Shown here piece after piece: positions 56,360 through 64,000 of a DNA stretch of 64,000 bases. The position numbers and the translations under genes are program-made. Below the pieces are notes generated by a model. It worked only from the letters and a program-made list of their open reading frames with translations, was not told where the DNA came from and ran no database searches. This DNA comes from Planctomycetota bacterium. GTDB lineage: Bacteria; Planctomycetota; GCA-002687715; DRQF01. Each line of letters begins with the position of its first letter. Within the stretch, counting starts at the first letter, position 1. Location: the NCBI GenBank assembly GCA_027001995.1, contig JALTLO010000023.1, positions 19,156-83,155 of the forward strand, written 5' to 3'.

Positions 56360-57136
56360 TTGTCTGACATCAATTCAATCCCTCTGCTCACCGCGAAGGA
56401 AGAAATTGAATTGGGACAAAAGATCCAAAACGGTGACCCTGCTGCGCGCCAACACATGATTCAAGCGAATCTGCGACTGGTGGTTTCCGTAGCCAAATCT
56501 TATGCTAGTCGAGGACTTCCATTATCGGACCTTATTGAAGAAGGGAATATGGGCCTGATTCGGGCAGTGGAAAAATTCGATCCCGGAGAAGGGTGTCGAT
56601 TTAGCACTTATGCCACTTGGTGGATCAAACAAGCTATTCGCAAATCCCTTTCCAACACCGCGCGGACCATTCGTTTGCCTTCCTATATGGTCGAGTTGGT
56701 GACCAGATGGAAAAGCCTGTCTTTGGAAATGTCAGCTCAGCTTGGAAGACAAGCAACAACAGATGAAATCGCCCAGGCACTCGAATTAGCGCCAAGAGAA
56801 CTTAAGTCTGTCAAACAAGCTCTCCAAACATCCATCGCAATGGATCAAAGAGTCTCGATAGAGAGAAGCGACTCAAGAGCAGGCCATATTCCTGATCACA
56901 GTCTCACCACCCCGGAAGATCACACCTTTTTGGCAAACGACATTGAAATCCTGACCCAACACCTCCATGACCTCAGTGAAGCGGAAAGCACAATTCTCAA
57001 ATTGCGTTACGGGTTAGACGGGCAAGACCCGATGACACTCAAGGAAATTGGGCACATTGTGGGCATGACGCGAGAGCGCGTTCGCCAAGTTGAGCTGTCC
57101 TGTCTTAAAAGGCTCAGCAACATTCTTAACAAATAG
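56360..57136 (+). CDS. sigma-70 family RNA polymerase sigma factor (group 3-size, 258 aa)
   Basis: Region 2 LIEEGNMGLIRAVEKFDP...YATWWIKQAIRKSL and region 4 LKEIGHIVGMTRERVRQVELSCLKRL. Confidence 0.8.
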   Translation: MSDINSIPLLTAKEEIELGQKIQNGDPAARQHMIQANLRLVVSVAKSYASRGLPLSDLIEEGNMGLIRAVEKFDPGEGCRFSTYATWWIKQAIRKSLSNTARTIRLPSYMVELVTRWKSLSLEMSAQLGRQATTDEIAQALELAPRELKSVKQALQTSIAMDQRVSIERSDSRAGHIPDHSLTTPEDHTFLANDIEILTQHLHDLSEAESTILKLRYGLDGQDPMTLKEIGHIVGMTRERVRQVELSCLKRLSNILNK

Positions 57137-57660
57137 TCTCACAACTACACCGCGAACCTAAGCTCCTTCTTTATCGTCACTTAGAGCCGATCGCTTTATC
57201 TTTTGCCATAGTTATCCACAGGTTTCGCCCTAAATTCATACTCGCCGGTGCTTCGCCACCCGTAGAGGTGCCAAACATCGAAAGGCCCACCACATCTTGT
57301 GCATCTTCAACGAAACATCTGTCGTTAAACCTTGTGAGTAAGGTGTGAGAAGAGTTCCGTTTTTCCCCAAGAGATCAGTCAACACGCCTCGTATTCCCCA
57401 ACAAGAAAGAAGAACTCGAGGCGCAAAACACACGAGTACCCACCAAGCCCACCCTCGATTTGCAAATCCAACAAAATACCTAACTCACGGTGAAATCGAT
57501 ACTTCCTGAAAGAAATCCCATCGTTTTCCCCAAAACAACAGTGCCTTATGATGATTAAGATGACTTTCTAGAATAAGAACTAGATTCTTCTTAAGCAGAA
57601 ACTCTCAACTCGGTCAAATCACGTGGTTGTGATGACCAAAGAAATCAGCAACAGTTCTTC

Positions 57661-58251
57661 ATGGAATGGGACAATAAAACACTCATCATCGACAATTTTG
57701 ATTCCTTCACCTGGAACCTTGTCCATCTCTTAGAAAAAATAGGAGATGAGCCCATCGTTGTGAGAGCAGACGATCCTGATCTCTACGTCTTGTCAGAGGT
57801 GCTTCCAAGGCGCCTTATACTCTCTCCTGGACCCGGATGTCCTGCTAACGCTCACGCCAACCACAACGCAATCAAAGTGGCCTACAAGACAGTTCCCATT
57901 TTAGGGGTTTGTTTGGGACATCAATCCATCGCTCAATTCTTCGGACATACCGTCAAACGAGCCCCTACTCCAATCCACGGAAAGACATCATCGATCACAC
58001 ACCTCAATACGGATCTTTTCATGGGAATCCCATCACCCTTCATTGCTATGCGCTACCACTCTTTGGCCATTGACGCTCAGAATAAAACAAGTCCGCTCTA
58101 CGTTACAGCCTGGTGCCATATCCAAGACCAAATCATCCCCATGGCAATCAAACACCGCACACGCCCCATTGCCGGTGTTCAATTTCATCCCGAATCATTC
58201 CTGACCGAAAACGGCCGAGCAATTTTGGAGAACTTTCTCTCATGGATCTAA
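57661..58251 (+). CDS. class I glutamine amidotransferase, anthranilate/aminodeoxychorismate synthase component II
   Basis: LIIDNFDSFTWNLV, catalytic GVCLGHQ, and His-Glu at the C-terminus (QFHPES). 196 aa. Confidence 0.8.
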   Translation: MEWDNKTLIIDNFDSFTWNLVHLLEKIGDEPIVVRADDPDLYVLSEVLPRRLILSPGPGCPANAHANHNAIKVAYKTVPILGVCLGHQSIAQFFGHTVKRAPTPIHGKTSSITHLNTDLFMGIPSPFIAMRYHSLAIDAQNKTSPLYVTAWCHIQDQIIPMAIKHRTRPIAGVQFHPESFLTENGRAILENFLSWI

Positions 58252-59141
58252 ATCACGAGACCTTTCATCAACGTCTCACAAAAGCCTGCAAACAAAAGAA
58301 CTCGTATCTCTGTGTCGGAATCGATCCACGACCTGAATATCTTCCTGTAAAATGGCAAAACAAAGGCGCAACTCCTGAAACCTTGGCACAATCTTACCTT
58401 GAATTCTCCTGCATGATCATCGACCGCATTCACCACAAGATTCCTATCATCAAACCCCAAAGCGCCTTTTTCGAAGCTCTTGGATATCATGGTGTGCGTG
58501 TTCTGGAGGAACTATCTGCTTATGCACAAGAAAAAGGGCTCTTAGTTATTGGAGACCTCAAAAGAGGAGACATCGGTTCAACTGCAGCGGCTTATGCTCA
58601 AGCCGCTTTCAAACTCAATAGCAACCATAAACCACTGTTCGATGCTGTCACTGTTAACCCATACATGGGACTTGACGGTGTTCAGCCCTTTATTGCTCAA
58701 GCCAAAAAAACAAACTCCGCAATTTTTGTACTATGCAAAACGAGCAATCCCTCATCCCAAGATCTCCAAGACCTAAAGACCCATGATGATCAACCCATAT
58801 ACTCAAGAATCGCCGACCTCATTCATGAATGGAGCAATAACCAAGAAGGTCTCGTAGGCGCTGTTGTCGGGGCTACTCATCCAAAACAACTACCAGAACT
58901 CAGAAACCGAATGCCTTTGGCGTGGCTTCTTATTCCAGGAGTCGGAGCACAAGGTGGGACCTATGAAGATGCGGCAAATGGTTTTCGAAAAAACAATGGA
59001 ATGGCTCTCGTCAGTGCTTCTCGATCCATTACCTTTCCGTGGCTATCCAGTACACCTTCTGCTCCAGATAATTGGCTAGAGCAAATAGAAATGGCCGTTG
59101 ATTCCGCTAACCACCAACTCAACCATGCGCTTGACAACTGA
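58242..59141 (+). CDS. pyrF: orotidine 5'-phosphate decarboxylase, type 2
   Basis: YLCVGIDPRP, GDLKRGDIGST, and a length of about 300 aa typical of type-2 PyrF. The start was chosen at the internal Met overlapping the trpG/pabA stop. Confidence 0.7.
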   Translation: MDLNHETFHQRLTKACKQKNSYLCVGIDPRPEYLPVKWQNKGATPETLAQSYLEFSCMIIDRIHHKIPIIKPQSAFFEALGYHGVRVLEELSAYAQEKGLLVIGDLKRGDIGSTAAAYAQAAFKLNSNHKPLFDAVTVNPYMGLDGVQPFIAQAKKTNSAIFVLCKTSNPSSQDLQDLKTHDDQPIYSRIADLIHEWSNNQEGLVGAVVGATHPKQLPELRNRMPLAWLLIPGVGAQGGTYEDAANGFRKNNGMALVSASRSITFPWLSSTPSAPDNWLEQIEMAVDSANHQLNHALDN

Positions 59142-59143
59142 AA

Positions 59144-59887
59144 ATGAATAGCAATAAAGAATGGTATAAATCCGCATTTGATGCGGAATACAGCCAAATC
59201 TATTCTCATCGAACGGATCAATCTGCATGCAAAGAAATCCATTGGATCATGAACCAAATTGACAAAAGTCGTCAAACTTTTGTTCTTGATCTTTGTTGTG
59301 GCAACGGAAGACACACCACTGAACTTAACAATCACAATCTCGATGTTATTGGTTTCGACTTATCTGCTCCATTACTTCAACAAGCAAATCGTCGGACGAC
59401 CAAGACAACTGAAAAATACGTTCGGGGAGATATGAGGCAACTTCCGTTTCCGAGCAATCGGTTTTCTCTTATTGTTTCCCTATTTACTTCTTTTGGTTAC
59501 TTCTCGACCGATGCGGAAAACCTTGCCGTTCTTCAAGAAATTCAAAGAACCCTCTCATCTCAAGGCCAGGTCTTTCTTGACTTTCTTAATGCCCCCTGGG
59601 TTATCTCCCATTTGATTCCAAGAAGCCGCGAAATAAAAGATGGCATTCATTTGTTGCAAGAAAGATCAATCACCTCTGACGGCAAACGAGTTGAAAAAAA
59701 GGTTACTTACTGTCATCCGGGAAAACCCAAGAAAACCTATTATGAGTCAGTACGACTTTTCACCATCGAAGAACTAAGAGAACTATTTGATCGAGCAAAT
59801 CTAAGAATCACCGGCACATATGGTTCACTCTATGGTGATGACTACACTCATCAAAGCTCAAGGGTTGTCCTGAAAGCTCAAAAATAA
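59144..59887 (+). CDS. class I SAM-dependent methyltransferase
   Basis: Motif I VLDLCCGNGRHT and post-I IGFDLS. 247 aa. Confidence 0.6.
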   Translation: MNSNKEWYKSAFDAEYSQIYSHRTDQSACKEIHWIMNQIDKSRQTFVLDLCCGNGRHTTELNNHNLDVIGFDLSAPLLQQANRRTTKTTEKYVRGDMRQLPFPSNRFSLIVSLFTSFGYFSTDAENLAVLQEIQRTLSSQGQVFLDFLNAPWVISHLIPRSREIKDGIHLLQERSITSDGKRVEKKVTYCHPGKPKKTYYESVRLFTIEELRELFDRANLRITGTYGSLYGDDYTHQSSRVVLKAQK

Positions 59888-59891
59888 ACTG

Positions 59892-61424
59892 ATGAAATTA
59901 AGCCGTATTATTCAAAACGCTCTCGCTGAACATCCATCGGCGGTGCATGCTTTATCTGGGCCTATCACCCTTGAGCATCTCATTAATTCCGCACGATCTC
60001 TCTGTCCTAAACAGAACAAGACTATTGCCCAAACTCTCAGACAAAACCTTCCTCAAGACCTTCTTGCTTCCGACCACGCGCTTTCAAACTCACTCCAAAA
60101 ATTAACTAACGGTGCGGTTGTTGTCTGTGCTGGGCAACAACCATCTCTTTGCGGAGGAACGTTTCTATCTCTTTACAAAGCAGCAACCGCGGTTGTCCTA
60201 AGCACCCACCTCAACGATCATGGCATCAACGCAATTCCACTATTCTGGAATGCTTCCGAAGACCACGACTTTACTGAAGCTAATCAACTCTACCTACCAC
60301 CCAACAAACAAGAAACTGAGACCCAGCTATGTGCTCTTGAGTCACGTTATAATGAACAATCATTATCCAGGACATTCATCACAAAAGATGACCACAATTA
60401 CATCAAGACTCTTGTCGCCCGTTATCATCAAGATGAAAAATACATACCCGAAATAGATCAAGCATTCGGAACATGGGCAACCAGGCTCATGTTGTTATTC
60501 ACCAAAAACACTGGTCTTCTCGTTTGTGAACCTGAATGGTTCTCTGATCAACTTATTCCGTTTCGGCAACAACTTACGAGCAAGTTACCTGAGCTAATAA
60601 AGAGCCTTGTAAGCCAAACAAATAACTTAAGTCAAAACGGTTATCCCACACCGATCAAGTTTGATCCAACTCAAGAAAGCATGCTCTTTTCAGCTATTGG
60701 TGATCAAAGAACAAAACTCAAGAAAACGACTTCTGGCCATTTTGCGATAGGAGATGCACGATGGAATCTCAATGAGCTTCAAGACCAACTGTGCAAACAT
60801 CCTTCTGAATTCACATCAAGCGCCATATCTCGTCCTTTAGCTCAGCAATTTCTTTTTCCTGTTGTTACGCAAATATCCGGGCCTACAGAATCAGCATACC
60901 TGGCTCAGCTCAGAGAACTTTATCCTCTTATGGACGTTTCAAATCCTATTATCTGGCCACGAGCCACTTGTCTTATTTTGCGCGAAGAAGAACAGCAGTT
61001 GTCAACTTTCCTGAATATCCCTGTCTCTGGACTTCTTAAGGAAGAACTTCCTCACAGGATTCAGTTGTCAGAGAATGACAATGAACTTATTGACCAAATA
61101 GATAAATCACTTCGTGCAAGTTTGACTGCTTTGGATAAGCATAAACACAAAGATTCAAGAACAGAATTTATTCGATTTCGTACAGACGTCTATTCTCAGT
61201 GGCGAGATGTACGGAAACGAACAATCAAAATTCAAAAACAAGAACTTAAACCAAAATCCAAATCACTCCACCGCCTTAAGCAGCTCGTTCAACCTCGGGG
61301 AATTTCCCAAGAACGCGCTTTTGGACCTTTTAGTTTTGGACTTCCAGTCAATGCTGATCTGTTTCATTTGCTGTGCGAAAGAATCGATCCCTTTCAATTT
61401 CAACGCCAACTCATTCAGCTTTAA
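59892..61424 (+). CDS. bshC: bacillithiol biosynthesis cysteine-adding enzyme BshC (YllA family)
   Basis: 510 aa with the family GQQ motif VVCAGQQPSLCGGTFLSLYKAATAV (compare vvTGQQPGLFTGPLYTIYK). It is directly followed by bshB and bshA. Confidence 0.6.
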   Translation: MKLSRIIQNALAEHPSAVHALSGPITLEHLINSARSLCPKQNKTIAQTLRQNLPQDLLASDHALSNSLQKLTNGAVVVCAGQQPSLCGGTFLSLYKAATAVVLSTHLNDHGINAIPLFWNASEDHDFTEANQLYLPPNKQETETQLCALESRYNEQSLSRTFITKDDHNYIKTLVARYHQDEKYIPEIDQAFGTWATRLMLLFTKNTGLLVCEPEWFSDQLIPFRQQLTSKLPELIKSLVSQTNNLSQNGYPTPIKFDPTQESMLFSAIGDQRTKLKKTTSGHFAIGDARWNLNELQDQLCKHPSEFTSSAISRPLAQQFLFPVVTQISGPTESAYLAQLRELYPLMDVSNPIIWPRATCLILREEEQQLSTFLNIPVSGLLKEELPHRIQLSENDNELIDQIDKSLRASLTALDKHKHKDSRTEFIRFRTDVYSQWRDVRKRTIKIQKQELKPKSKSLHRLKQLVQPRGISQERAFGPFSFGLPVNADLFHLLCERIDPFQFQRQLIQL

Positions 61425-61435
61425 GAGAACACTTC

Positions 61436-62176
61436 ATGTTAACTCCTCAACCTTGCCATCTTCTTGCGATTGGCGCACATCCTGATGATGTCGAATTGAA
61501 CGCCGGTGGAACAATTCTCAAAGCAAGATCCCAAGGATTAGCAGTTGCTATTTGTCATCTCACGGATGGTGAGATGGGTACCAGGGGAAGCCCTGAAATT
61601 CGAATCCAAGAAGCAAAATTGGCAGCAAAGAGATTATATGTTGATCACCTTTCTTTTCTTCATCTCGAAGATGGATATGTAACAACCAACAAAGAATCAA
61701 AAATGAGTGTTGTACGGATGATTCGTACTTATCAACCTCAAATCATTCTGGCTCCATTTTGGCAAGACTTACATCCTGACCATGCAGCAACTGGGGACAT
61801 AGTGAAGAAAGCCAATTTTCTTGCTGGCTTAGAACGCATTGAAACAGACCAATCTCCATGGCGTGCTCGGTCAATCTTCTATTACATGTCACATACACCC
61901 ATGAATGTTTCTATTGTCGTTGATATTTCCGAGGAACTTCAAGCAAAGAAAGAAGCCGCTCTGGCCTATAAATCACAGTTCCATCAAGAAGCATCAACAG
62001 AACGACAGACTTTCATCTCGAGCGAAAATTTCTGGCAGTGGTGGGAGGGTCGAGCTTCCTATTGGGGGCACCATGTTGGTGCCAAGTATGGTGAACCATT
62101 CTATATTGATGGTCCAATTCCATTCAAGAATCCCTTCAACCTTTTCTCCGGTTTCGGCAAATACAAAAACCAATGA
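61436..62176 (+). CDS. bshB: N-acetyl-alpha-D-glucosaminyl L-malate deacetylase (LmbE/PIG-L family)
   Basis: HLLAIGAHPDDVELNAGGTI, with HPDH further on. Collinear with B. subtilis BshB1 over its whole length. Confidence 0.8.
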   Translation: MLTPQPCHLLAIGAHPDDVELNAGGTILKARSQGLAVAICHLTDGEMGTRGSPEIRIQEAKLAAKRLYVDHLSFLHLEDGYVTTNKESKMSVVRMIRTYQPQIILAPFWQDLHPDHAATGDIVKKANFLAGLERIETDQSPWRARSIFYYMSHTPMNVSIVVDISEELQAKKEAALAYKSQFHQEASTERQTFISSENFWQWWEGRASYWGHHVGAKYGEPFYIDGPIPFKNPFNLFSGFGKYKNQ

Positions 62177-63348
62177 ATAGTCCATTACTCAGAATCGGTA
62201 TCGCCTGCTATCCAACGTATGGTGGGAGTGGAGCCTTAGCAACAGAACTTGGAATTGCACTCGCTGATAGAGGACATGAAATCCATTTTCTCTCTTATGA
62301 GTCCCCTTTCCGACTTAAAGAATTTCATAGTAACATCATCTATCACCAAGTCGGTGTTCAAGATTATCCATTATTTAAGTATCCACCCTATGCTTTGGCG
62401 CTCGCTACAACGATGGCAGAGGTATGTGAACTTCATGATCTAGAAGTTCTTCATGTTCATTATGCAATTCCACATCTTGTCAGTGCAAATTTGGCAAAAC
62501 AGATGTTGATTGATCAAGACGTTAAAGTGATATCCACACTTCATGGCACCGATATTACCGTTGTAGGAAACGATCCCTCATATCGTCGTGTGGTTCAATT
62601 CTCTTTGGAAGAAGCAGACGGTGTCACGGCGGTTTCTCAATATCTTAAGAACGAAACTTATCGAAGTGTGGGAACAACTTGTGAGATCCGTGTGATCCCG
62701 AACTTTGTTGACTTAAATCGCTTCTCGGCATCTGTTTGCCCTGAAGCTGCAAAACTCTGTTGTGATGATGAAGTCATTCTCATCCACGTTTCTAATTTTC
62801 GTCCGGTCAAGCGTGTCAATGATCTAGTTCACGTCATGGTGGAGCTTAAGAATAACGGGGTTTCCGCTCGACTCATTATGGTGGGAGATGGGCCAGATAA
62901 AGCAGCAGCCGAATTATTAGCTCGGCAATTGAAAGTAGCAGAGCAAATCAATTTTCTTGGCCTTCAAGACAGTGTGGAACAGATTATTCCTTGCGCTGAT
63001 ATCTTTCTCTTGCCTTCAGAATTTGAATCGTTTGGCCTATCAGCATTGGAAGCGATGGCTTGTGGCGTGCCGGTTATCGCAACAAATTCAGGAGGGCTCC
63101 CGGAAGTTATTCAAGATGGCGTTTCAGGAAAATTGGTTTCTATTGGTGACATACAAGGCTTTGCGCTTGCAATTCAAGAATTAGTTACCGATCCAGATGC
63201 ATTAAAACGAATGGGTAAAAATGCAAGACATGAAGCCGTGAATCGATTTTCAATTCAAGATGTTGTTCCAGCTTATCTGGACTATTATTATGAATTACTT
63301 TCAGACGAAGATGATATGTTTTGCGATCAAAATGTTGAAGCGACATAA
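62173..63348 (+). CDS. bshA: N-acetyl-alpha-D-glucosaminyl L-malate synthase (GT4)
   Basis: Near-identical motif order to B. subtilis BshA: RIGIACYPTYGGSGALATELGIALADRGHEIHF, TLHGTDITV, HVSNFRPVKRV, LEAMACGVPVIATNSGGLPEVI. Confidence 0.85.
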   Translation: MNSPLLRIGIACYPTYGGSGALATELGIALADRGHEIHFLSYESPFRLKEFHSNIIYHQVGVQDYPLFKYPPYALALATTMAEVCELHDLEVLHVHYAIPHLVSANLAKQMLIDQDVKVISTLHGTDITVVGNDPSYRRVVQFSLEEADGVTAVSQYLKNETYRSVGTTCEIRVIPNFVDLNRFSASVCPEAAKLCCDDEVILIHVSNFRPVKRVNDLVHVMVELKNNGVSARLIMVGDGPDKAAAELLARQLKVAEQINFLGLQDSVEQIIPCADIFLLPSEFESFGLSALEAMACGVPVIATNSGGLPEVIQDGVSGKLVSIGDIQGFALAIQELVTDPDALKRMGKNARHEAVNRFSIQDVVPAYLDYYYELLSDEDDMFCDQNVEAT

Positions 63349-63989
63349 CCCATCAATAAATTTCTGGTCAATGTATTCAAATCGCTTTCAGATGATTCCA
63401 ATTGATATTTCTTGCCCACAGATTCGATCATCTGACTAGAAGATTCAACGAAGGCATCAAAGACACCTTCTCCTGTTTGGGCATTGGTAGCAAAGTACTT
63501 TGTATCACCATTGATAAGGGCACGCGTCATTTCTTCGATGCTCATAGCGTTATCCAAATCACGTTTATTGAATTGAATAACGAGGGGCATCTTTTCGATA
63601 TCAAGCCCATTGGACTCTAAATTCTGAGCTAAATTCGACAGACTATTTTGATTCTCCTCAATACGAGAAGCATTCGAATCTGCAACGAAAACAACAGCAT
63701 CAGCTCCCATAAGGACGTACTTGCGCGTCAGGTTGTATTTGACTTGGCCAGGAACAGTGAATCCTTGAATCTTGACTTTGTAGCCGCCGAGAACACCCAA
63801 GTCGATCGGCAAAAAATCGAAGAAAAGAGTTCTCTCTTCATCTGTTTTTAGAGACACCATCTTCACGCGATTTTCAGGATCCAAAACGCTATGAACATGA
63901 TTCAGGCTGGTTGTCTTGCCCCCTAAACCCGGTCCGTAGTAAACGATTTTCGTGTTAATCGTCTTATCTCTGGTGTTGACAATGCTCAT
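63327..63989 (-). CDS. mglA: Ras-like small GTPase MglA
   Basis: Collinear with Myxococcus MglA: KIVYYGPGLGGKTTSL, TLFFDFLP, YTVPGQVKYNLTRK, FVADS, QFNKRDL. 220 aa. The partner mglB is expected just beyond the window end. Confidence 0.8.
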   Translation of the reverse strand: MSIVNTRDKTINTKIVYYGPGLGGKTTSLNHVHSVLDPENRVKMVSLKTDEERTLFFDFLPIDLGVLGGYKVKIQGFTVPGQVKYNLTRKYVLMGADAVVFVADSNASRIEENQNSLSNLAQNLESNGLDIEKMPLVIQFNKRDLDNAMSIEEMTRALINGDTKYFATNAQTGEGVFDAFVESSSQMIESVGKKYQLESSESDLNTLTRNLLMGYVASTF

Positions 63990-64000
63990 AATCTTCGCTT

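Overview
Chromosomal segment from a Gram-negative, flagellated bacterium. GC is about 52-55% over most of the window and falls to about 40-44% in the last ~7 kb. The window looks like ordinary chromosome rather than a mobile island, but it carries several unusual gene architectures. No CRISPR array, rRNA, transposase or integrase was seen.

Main content, in order:
- 0.4-7.5 kb: acetolactate decarboxylase-like lipoprotein, a methyltransferase, an MsbA-like ABC exporter, a divergent ArnT-like GT-C glycosyltransferase, and a radical SAM/SPASM enzyme followed by a small zinc-ribbon ORF.
- 7.9-16.2 kb: a complete flagellar type III export operon (fliOPQR-flhBA) that continues through a small membrane protein into fliA (sigma-28) and three further unknown genes. 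Every junction from flhA onward is a 4-nt start/stop overlap.
- 16.3-20.8 kb: a processive GT2 and a second GT-C glycosyltransferase, with flgM convergent on the minus strand.
- 22.5 kb: tRNA-Leu(GAG) on the minus strand.
- 24.9-36.4 kb: housekeeping genes (plsC, gyrA, an M48 protease, RNase HIII) and an FG-GAP repeat protein.
- 36.9-41.9 kb: a single 1299-codon ORF that fuses MurG, an FHA domain, MurJ and a C-terminal HEAT-repeat domain. It overlaps mraY by 4 nt. This is the most striking feature of the window.
- 41.9-47 kb: NAD kinase, a PLP-dependent Cys/Met enzyme, purM and an HNH endonuclease.
- 49.2-51 kb: parB-parA preceded by two perfect 16-bp parS-like palindromes.
- 51-57 kb: two metallophosphoesterases, a 443-aa protein ending in an HPr-like domain, a polyprenyl-phosphate sugar transferase and a sigma-70 family factor.
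- 57.7-64 kb (lower GC): trpG/pabA, pyrF, a methyltransferase, a bacillithiol operon bshC-bshB-bshA, and convergent mglA.
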